Positions 54,680 to 64,000 of a DNA stretch of 64,000 bases are shown here, piece after piece. The stretch lies in NCBI RefSeq assembly GCF_964204645.1, contig NC_134028.1, positions 18,669,653 to 18,733,652 of the forward strand, in the 5' to 3' direction. The notes under the pieces are model-generated. The model was not told the origin of the DNA and ran no database searches. It saw only the letters and a list, made by a program, of their open reading frames with translations. The position numbers and the translations under genes are program-made. Numbering within the stretch: the first letter of the stretch is position 1; every line of letters begins with the position of its first letter. Source of the DNA: Tubulanus polymorphus (taxonomy: Eukaryota; Animalia; Nemertea).

Positions 54680-55365
54680 TAGAACACTATATCCGTGTTG
54701 ACGCGATGTAGAGAGAATCCCACAATGACAAGAAAAAGTCCAAAAATGTAGCTACGAGATAGTAGTTCATTTCAACGTTTCGACTATATCCTAATGGTCA
54801 TCTTCAGGAATAATGAGATACTACAAAAATTATGAGATATATATATATATATATATACAATCCAGAGACAAAGAGACTAATTCAAGTAATCAGAGATGAT
54901 ACAAACTAAAGGAAAATTTACGTAGAAACAGTTACACGCTAAAATAGATTAAAGGGAAGTAAACCAAAGGGTAATTATAAACAACAATAATGAGTTTAAA
55001 TATAAATTGAAACTTAAAATCAGTAGTAAAGGGACAAACTAGGGGGCACTTTAATTAAAACAATGGTGAATACAAGTAGAGAGACTAAAATTGATGAGTG
55101 ACAAATAACAAAGGATCAAAGGGGAAATCAAGTGTTGAGTTTAACCAGTTTACAGAGGAATTTTGATATAAGTTTATTATGGGGTGAAAAACCATTGTTA
55201 AGATTTACAACGTTGTTCGAATTTTCAATTATTAATGCAGATTCCAAAATATGTCTTTTAGTTTTATCGCTGCAAGGGTAAATTAATTCAGCATTAGCGA
55301 AATCAAAATTGTGTGAGGTCTGAAATACATGACTAGCAACTCCGCTTTTCAAGTTGTATGTTTTT
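54680..55365 (-). mobile_element. Penelope-like element 3' fragment (GIY-YIG endonuclease end plus tail)
   Basis: KSGVASHVFQTSHNFDFANAELI...KRHILESALI...NLNNG, followed by a T-rich tail and a hammerhead motif. Confidence 0.85.
54767..54816 (-). ncRNA. Minimal type I hammerhead ribozyme (Penelope-associated)
   Basis: Minus strand TCATTATTC-CTGAAGA-T-GAC-cattaggatata-GTC-GAAAC-GTT-GAAATGA: CUGANGA and GAAA core, stem II, palindromic AACGTT. Confidence 0.7.
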
Positions 55366-55823
55366 TTTTTAACTGAAAAAACATCGTCAGTATGGCAGTA
55401 TGGTCAACAATGTTAAACTACGTTTTTCCCTTTAAATCAGCAAAATACAATATCTCAAGAAATTCAAAAACTAAGATTTCATGAATACGATAGTTTAGTT
55501 TTATTGATGAAATTTTGATTGCATTTAACTAATATCAGACGAGGTTTGAGAAAATTGCATTCAATTCAATTCAAAATTTTCTGTTGGTGGTATCCTGTTC
55601 ATAGTCCTGGAGCGACTGCACTTTAGGTGTCCCTAATGGTTATGTACCTAACCTTACCATAACACTAGTGCCACCCAGTTGAAAGGTTACCTAAACTGCA
55701 GTTAGACCACAATGAGAACCCCTTTAGTCAAACAAAGGGCACATATAAGTTTCTCGCTACAATGGCATAACCTTCTCTAATGATCTGATGGGTTCATAGT
55801 TAACTTGTCTGGAATTTTTCCAG

Positions 55824-56002
55824 GTGTACAAGTTGTTTTGATTGTCCTAGCTGTCAACATACACTGTCTACACGAGCTACTACTATGCCAGTTCCTAATC
55901 CGGAAGATCCAAATAAATCACTATTGAAGAAGGTGTATTACTTGGCTTGTGGATTCTGTCGTTGGACATCACGTGATGCTTCTCTTCAAGATCAGCCTGT
56001 TG
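55824..56002 (+). CDS. DCTN4: DCTN4 exon 3
   Basis: [19 protein letters not shown]...[17 protein letters not shown]; AG/GT boundaries in phase. Confidence 0.95.
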
Positions 56003-57661
56003 GTAAATATTATTACAATCAGTTTACAGCTGAGTGGTTCAGGTTCTGAGTGGCACTTTAAGGGAAAAGTCTCGTTCCCTGGAATAGCTATTAAAGTAAG
56101 AGTTGCTATCACAACCACTGTTTATAAAAGGGTGGTTTTACATTTGACTAGTATGCACTATCAAAACCAGATGTTTTAAAATTGTTTCCTTTTGGAAGTA
56201 GACTTGTCACCCAGTGATAATATTTAAGCTTACGATGGTGTGCGTGGTGTCCCTGTGTCCCTGGGCCTCTCACTTAGTTAACTCTGGGTTGAAATTATCA
56301 AAAGTTCATTTTCAATGAGTTTTCTCCTGAGTCAAATCTTAACTCACCACTGGAACTGGATCCAGATGTTTGTAAACCTGTATGCTCTGTATTCTGTAAA
56401 TGAAATTATTCATTTAAAATGCTTCATAAGATGTTACAAATTCCTAAAGTCTAAGTATGTCTGATTCATATTGTGCGGGTGTGGCTAATGGCCAGTTCCG
56501 ACCATCATTTCACTACACCACACCTGGTAACAGACACTTTCAAACAGCCATTATGAAAGACCAACCAAATTGAAAGGTCGACTATTCCAGAAGAGTGCTT
56601 TGAAATATACACTACTGGAAAAGTAGGCAATATTGTTACATGCTTATTGTTCTCAAGTGGCTACTAAGTAAAAGTAGAGCTCAGAAGTGGGATAGAAATG
56701 TTCAACAGGCTCTAAAACAAACTCATAAATGGTGTATGATATTTTAGCAAAATTCTTTCGATGGGTTATCCTAGAGACCGTTTGTAACTGATAAGATTTC
56801 GAGTCCTGTAGATCAAAGGTCAGAAGCTGTTTCCTTATTTTCCCTGCCTTCATAAACGGGTCGACATACACTCGGGTGTATTTTACACTCCGGCGTTTCA
56901 CCTGATGTGGGTGTGGACATCAGTCGTCTTCAGCGACATTCTAGTTTGTTCTTCTTTGCCAAACCTTTGATAACCACCTTGCAGTATCCTTTGCAAGGTT
57001 TGACGAATAACAATATATGGTTGAACCTTGTTCTAACGACCTCGGAACTAATGAACCATCGCTTGTTACGTACCTGGCGTAGCTGTTTTATCATTTTCAT
57101 TTCCTTGTTCTTGTTCCGTCGCTTCCCCCGGTGCAAACAAAAACGTGATAAGCCTACACTTAAGGGGACGGCCAGCTTGTAATATCCACACCATTTTCTA
57201 AGAATTCTGTAAAAAAAAGTTCTACATTTACCACTCATAGTTACCAGAGATCATATCTGAATGTATGGTTGGCATTTATATTTTATTTCATAGTTTTTAC
57301 TGTTGTCAGTTAGTGCTGGCAGTATTTGAATAGTAGGCCTACTCTAATGAAACCAGTTGGTTTATGTGTTTCATCACACGAGGGGGTGGTCTCTTTTCAT
57401 TCATGAATGATGTTAAACAGATCTAACGAACTATCTGAAATAAAGAATTTTTTTTCCCAGCAGTTGGTTTGAACAAGCTTCCACTGTAGCAGGTAATAAT
57501 TGAGCTGGGTATCATCATTTCTAAAAATATTTTGTGCTTGTCATTTACCAACACTGAAGTTGCAAAATGGCCTTTTGACTTGGGCTTGTGATAATAGGAT
57601 AAAACTACAGATTTGCCAACTATAAATTTGATGTACAAGTACTGTGTTGTCTATTTTATAG

Positions 57662-57705
57662 CTACTGGTGGTTGGAAAGACCAAGAAAATCCACATTTCA
57701 AACGA
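57662..57705 (+). CDS. DCTN4: DCTN4 exon 4
   Basis: ATGGWKDQENPHFKR; ttttatAG acceptor and GTGAGT donor. Confidence 0.92.
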
Positions 57706-57829
57706 GTGAGTCAATTTGTATTTACGATATAGATAGATAACAAGAGATGAGAAACGTGCTCCATTTAAGTAAGAAAAAACTTATCAGTTTATATGTAGAT
57801 ATTTTGTCATGATTTTTGCTTCATTCCAG

Positions 57830-57931
57830 TTATCAACTTTGTATGAATACTACCGCCAGATGGCTCAGAAGGAGAAAGTTGAGAAAGAGAGACGCAAGTA
57901 TTCACGTCGGCGCAGTTACTTACATTTGTCG
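57830..57931 (+). CDS. DCTN4: DCTN4 exon 5 (gene continues beyond the window)
   Basis: LSTLYEYYRQMAQKEKVEKERRKYSRRRSYLHLS; ttccAG acceptor and GTAAGT donor. Confidence 0.92.
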
Positions 57932-59860
57932 GTAAGTGATATCCCATGATTGTAACAACAACAAAAAACTTACAAGAATCTACATTACCTAATGAAAATT
58001 GGTTTTGTATTATAATCATGTATATGTCCATTACAAGCATCAACAACAATTGGAAACGGTTGACTGTTCAGATTTAACTACAGAAAACCTTGAAAATACA
58101 ATGGTAATAATATTTCACGCTCATCAGACTGTCCTATTACCAAAAAATTCTCGCTCGACCCGTTTTTTAGTTGGTGGCAGAGTAATCTTAAAAACTTTTG
58201 AAAATATCTATACTATACTATCTTATGTCTACATAAGTGTTTGTGTCAGGAGTATGGGTACGCTTTCAGTTTTGTTTACTGTTAGTATTTAGCTTGACAG
58301 AATGAAAGATGAAATTGAATGCACGCATTTTCTGCAATGATATATGCATCTTTATGCGTTAGAATGGCTATTTGCATAAGGAACCTTCTACAGTAAAAAG
58401 TTTTCAATTACTTGAACCCTTCTGATATGTTTGCCTGGGCTTCTTGATAAAGTTCACTTTATTTGTTTCATAGAAAGCGAGGAAGATGTATCCAGTTCAT
58501 TAGAAATCTGGATAAGCATATTTTGTGTCAACTATGTTTAACATATCCGGTACTTCTGGTTCTCCCACCATTGCTACTTTGAGATATCTCGTAGCCTTCT
58601 TATCGACCTTTTGATATAAGCTTGCAGTGTGCACACCACCGTCGCTCCATCGTCAATGCTGTTTGGTCAATGACTGAACAATTGTTAAAGGAAGTGTGTT
58701 AGCTCCATTGGCATTCACTTAACATTATTCAGCACATGTACGTGTTACAAAGATCACTTGTAAACGTCACAGTTTTTCATCCCATTGAAATAGCCGATAT
58801 GGAATATCTTTGTCTGAACTCTGGATAGATTATATATGTGTGTGTGCGTGTGTGTTCGTGATATCATGTCATCAGTTACGTAGTATAAAATGACTTAGTT
58901 GAGCTGGGTACTGAATCTTTCTATTCTGTTTATTTTCATGTATGATGTACATGTCTATAATATATAATATAATGAATAGAGAGAGAAAATAAATAAATAG
59001 ATAATGGCCAAAATTAAAACAAACATCTTAGGAACTTGAATGCTCAATGGGGATCACAATTCTGGTGAATACAAGTGGAAAGAACACAAGTTATGCTTGA
59101 TTCTCATATTCAAATTTACTTCAAATTCAAACTTATTTTATTACATCATAGTTACAAAGCATATTATTGGTTCAACAGCAATGAATATAAGAACAGAAGA
59201 AATATTATTATAGAATTTTCAATAAGGTAATGAATTTCTATAGGCCTAAAGAAATGAATATTATTTTTCTAATAACTAGGAGTGACTGTCCCGTTTATCA
59301 GGAAACACACGTAACTAGTGGAATAGGTTTGATGTTAACGCACGTGTTGCAGGTTTAAATTGTTTATCAGCATAGAATTAATAATCCATAAAAGTCAAAA
59401 TCAACATCGGCCCGATACCCAGACCAAAGCGATTCATAATCTATCGATTGAATCTACAATGCAATATATGTATTTATTCAAATATTTCAATAAAAAGATT
59501 AATTACTTGAAATCTATTCTAATTCCTAATATGTTCTTATATCAGTAAATTTATTCAACACCTTTTGACTCAGCAGATTCTTAAGATGAGTTTAATAGAA
59601 CAGATCCATTTTTTAAGCATGGTGATACAAAATAAATGCTTGGTCTAATCAATTCATATTTATTGATTTAACGTCCACGCAAGTTTGGTTTCAAAGCTGA
59701 ATCACATTAGACATTTACACAGTGGTTGCATATTAGGTTTGAATCTGTCAATACTATATATTGTAGGTATCTAAATTTTCGATAATTCCTATTATCCTAA
59801 ATGGCATGTTGCGGCTTTGCAGAAAACCCGTTATCACTGCTTTGCTATTATTACACACTA

Positions 59861-62800
59861 TGTTAAAAGGGTCACGATAAGTGTCATGTTAAGTTTACAC
59901 GGTTAACACCCCCACTTAAACTTTAAATCATGTACACAATATTCTCTACTACAACTCTAATTATAAGACTAAGATTATAATTTCCTTAATAATCTTGTAT
60001 ATAATGTCTCAATATAATTCAATATAATTCATACAGAAAACACTTTTTGTCAAAAACTGTAATTTTTTTTTTGACACTGGCTTAGTAAGGACATCTGCTA
60101 AGTTTTCCTCTGATGGCACGTACTCTTGTTTTACAACCCCCATTCGTACTTCATTTCTTATGAAGTGATACCTGATATCAATATGCTTTGATCTCTGATG
60201 TTGTACAGGATTGTTTGCTAAAGCTAGTGCACCTTGATTATCGCCATACAGCAGCACAGAATCTACATCAAAGTTCAAGTCTTTTAACAATTGAAGTAGG
60301 AACTTCCCCTCACATATAGCTGATGCTAAAGACATGTATTCCGCTTCACATGTTGACAACGCAACAGTTGGTAGTTTTCGACTCTTCCTGGAAATGAATG
60401 AATTTCCCCTGATAAACCAAAAAAGTAACCTGTAACACTGCGTCTATCAGCTGCAGCACCCCAGTCTGCATCGCAGTCACCAACTAACGATAAACTTTCT
60501 GACCTTTTGAAAATCAGACATTGATTCCTTGCGCCCTTCAAATAACGTAATACACGCTTTGCCATGCTCAGATAGAGTTCAGTAGGGTAAGACATGTACT
60601 GAGAACAAAGTAACTACAAAACACAAATTTGGTCTGGTAGCTGTCATGATGTAAATTAGACTACCAATAATTTCTTGATACAATTTCAACTCACTGCCTT
60701 GCAATAAATTTGACTGATCTACAATCTTATTGTCCCCTATTTCACAAGGGGTTGACCTCGGTTTACAATTTTCCATCGAGAATCTGGAGAGAATTTTGTG
60801 AATATACTGTGACTGACTCATAGATATGTAATCTTTTTCGCATTCAAATCTGATACCTAGGAACCATGATAACTTTCCAAGATCCTTCATTTGGAATCTT
60901 CTACAAAGACATTGTTTTATTTCATCCAACATACGGTAATCAGTTGTAGCCAAAATGATATCATCTACCCAGATGAGTTGTATTATAATTGACTCTTCAG
61001 TGAACTTCATATATACACAATTGTCAGTTTGAGACTGTGTGAACCCTTCATTCGTTAAATATTTATGCAATGTTTGATTCCAATTATGACCGCTTTGTTT
61101 TAAGCCATACAACAATTTCTGTAATTTACAGACTAAAATTTCACCATTTTCACCTTTAACAGAATAACCTTCCGGTTGCTGCATGTACAACTCACAATCA
61201 ATTTCGGCATTCAAATAAGCCATTTTTACATCCATCTGGTGAATAATTAAATTATTCTTTACTGCTAATTGTGCTAGAACCCTTAATGAAGTTAGCCTAG
61301 CTGTAGGTGAGAATGTTTCTTTGAAATCTACACCTGGTATTTGTGAATACCCTTTCGCTACGAATCTTGCTTTATACTGTTACTGATTGTTTGCATAGTA
61401 CTTTTTAGCGTACACCCAACGAGCCCCCACTACTTGCCTACCCTCTGGCATTTGGGTCAACTTAAATGTTTCATTTTCCTTTAAGGCATACATTTCTTCG
61501 TCCATAGCTTTACGCCAATTTTTTACTCAGGCGAGGAAATAGCCTCTTCATACGTAGAAGGAACATTTGATACAATATAACAACGATCAATCAAATTACT
61601 GTCGTCATGTAAACTTTCAACATAATCATATCCCAGATTCTCTGGTTTCTTTCGTTCTCTACGGGGATATCTACTTCTGCTATCTGCTCTGGTTCATGAG
61701 CATCTAATTCTGGTCCATTTACCACTGGGTTAATTTCACCAGCCTCACCCCCTTAAACAATCGTTGGTTCTGGGTTCGAATCCACTTTTGGTATGAGTAT
61801 GTCATTAATGATATCTGTTTGGAAATGGGCTTTGAGATCATCGAATTTTACACATCTAACCCTCTTTATAGCTCTAGTTTCTGGATAGTATACTAGGTAG
61901 GCAGGACTACCTTTATCGTAACCTATAAATACACCTTTTTCTGACCTAGGATCAAGCTTTCGTTTCTGTTGTACATATGCGTAACACGGTGCCCCAAAAA
62001 CATGCATGTGACTCAAATTTGGCTTTCAACCAGTTAACATTTCATACGGGGTCTTTTTCAACCTTTGATTGTACCGGTAACATCTATTCCTAATATAGGC
62101 CGAAGCCATCACTGCATGAGCCCATAAATGCTTTGATAAAAACTTTGAATCTATCAAGAGACACCTTGCCATCTCGAAAAGAGATCGCCACGCCCTTTCA
62201 GCCGTACCGTTTTGGTGGGGTGAATGTGGGGCTGAACTTTCATGTTTAATTTTGTTTTTGACAAGTAATGCTTCAAAATCTTTGGAGATGAATTCTCCCC
62301 ACCATCACTCCTCGACGATTTGACCACATTCACCCTACCGTACGAAGCTACATCGGCTAAAAACCTCTCAAAAGCATGATAGCTTTGCATTTTCGCGCTC
62401 TCGTCTGGTTCACGTTTTCTAAATTGCGCCATTTTTCCAAGTACACACGGTTCACATTTAAAGTCATCTGTTGATCCATTTATTTTCATTCCATCAGCAA
62501 CTTGCTCTAGTTTCAAGATGTCGGGCAAATTGCAGTGCCCCATGATCAAATGCCACGTTTCTAGGTCATGATTTCGCTCGTCAGCCGTAAGGACGTTATT
62601 TATGAAATACAAGCGACCTTGTTTCATAATATCAAACATAGTACTATTCGGTGCTTTCAGATTTGCGCTATCTGAATCGAAACTAATTTTGGCGCCCTGT
62701 TCAGTTGCAGCCTGAACACTAAATATATCCTGTTTAAAACTCCACACATATAACGCATTTCGTAAGGTTACGTCCTGAACCTGCCCTTTTCGGTCGCAAA

Positions 62801-63017
62801 GTTTTATTTTGGCTTGGTCTCGTTTCAGCGCTAGATTTTTCGATCTACTCCCATCCGCAAGTTCAATGAAATGTGAATTCGGGTTGAAACTGTCATCGAA
62901 TGAAGTGAACTTCGAATGATCTTTTATGATGTGGGTGGTTGCTCCACAATCAACCAGCAATGTGTTATTTTTAGTCATGGTCATGATAAGTGTCATGTTA
63001 AGTTTACACGGTTAACA
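59861..63017 (-). mobile_element. Decayed, gag-less Ty1/Copia retrotransposon (PR-IN-RT-RNaseH)
   Basis: LLVDCGATTH; WH..MGH...CEPC; KLDPRSEKGVFIGY; YKARFVAKG, MDVK.AYLN, LYGLKQS, WVDD; DADW, STCEAEY, RSKHIDIRYHFIR; polypurine tract AAGTGGGGG before the LTR start. Confidence 0.95.
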
Positions 63018-64000
63018 CTAGGTGCCGTATATATGCAAATTTTGAATGCTCATTGTTGGTGAGAATATAATAATTTCACATATCGCCAGGTATTGTTTCA
63101 TTTTAATACCCGGTGATAGTGTTGATTGAGATTGAAGTTCACTACACAAGGCCTCCACGTGCTAAACACAGGAGTGCTAAACACACACATACACACGCTC
63201 ATACAGACTACTATATGGTGATGCTGTAACGCTGCTTGGCGCGTGCACGTTTGGTATGATGACAGGCTGAATAATCGTCGTAGCAGAAGATGAGCGCTGT
63301 GTTTTCTGTTGAATAGAATTTGTAAGAAATTGTAATTTCTTGTGACCTGAAAATACTAAGCAGCAAACTGTATAGGTCTGAATATTGTAGTGGTAAATTC
63401 CAGGATTTAAAGCGATCTAATACTACGCCTCGGTGTTTTAGCTTCCGCGGCCATACATTGGAAGAGGTTTCGTTTCCAAGACTCAGTATTCACGTACCCT
63501 CTGATATGTGATATCATATGAATTTTATTTGAATATTTTTTCATACTGTAAAAAAAAATTTTTTGGAAAATATAAAATAGTTTCCTTGCCGCGCCCTTCG
63601 AAATTTTGGACGTAGACCATAAACAAATGTTTATCTTTGGTCTTATTTGACTACAAAATAATTCTTTAAGAAAGATGAAATACAATAGAAACTTCTAGAA
63701 CTTTGAAGTCACGAATTAAAAAGATTTTTCAAGCAATGCCCTTACTCCAAACAACCTCTAGCTTTCAAGGTAAACCACACTTTGCCCATGGGCAATTTAT
63801 TCAGAGGAAAATTTTTAGTTGCACTACAGAAAATACCATTGAAAATTATGCAAAGTCCAGCAAAAATAGCTTTTTCTCAAATCGAATAGATGACCTTGAT
63901 AAGTTAACCATCTGCTCGGACTTCAAATTCAATCAAAATTTATTCTGCAAATAAACATGTCCCATTCAATTTTGTTTCATTGAACAAATATCAGAGTATC

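Noticed and set aside
57932-64000. Further DCTN4 exons
   Set aside because: No in-phase exon with recognisable p62 sequence was found by eye; exon 6 probably lies beyond the window.

Overview
AT-rich (about one third GC) intron-containing animal genomic DNA, probably an invertebrate; it is not prokaryotic and has no CRISPR array. Two host genes are readable on the + strand: a complete 3-exon 3-mercaptopyruvate sulfurtransferase (MPST, CGSGVT active loop, 7602-10576) and the first five coding exons of dynactin subunit 4 (DCTN4/p62, 27496-57931, continuing beyond the window). Nearly everything else is nested mobile DNA. Left of DCTN4 are decayed Polinton/Maverick-like viral genes (1-4500), a MULE transposase split by a foldback element, and further foldback elements. 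Six copies of a Helentron-associated (HINE-like) element with 152-bp internal repeats and two tRNA-derived SINE families are scattered across the window. The 25-kb DCTN4 intron 1 holds a near-perfect 2.7-kb palindrome, a BEL/Pao element with a solo LTR in its integrase, a 4 x ~195-bp structured tandem array and an intron-rich DDE transposase most like the small-RNA-targeting Dada superfamily. Later introns hold a Penelope fragment with a minimal hammerhead ribozyme and a Copia element with an apparent 48-bp LTR. All family assignments come from motif recognition by eye; no database searches were run.
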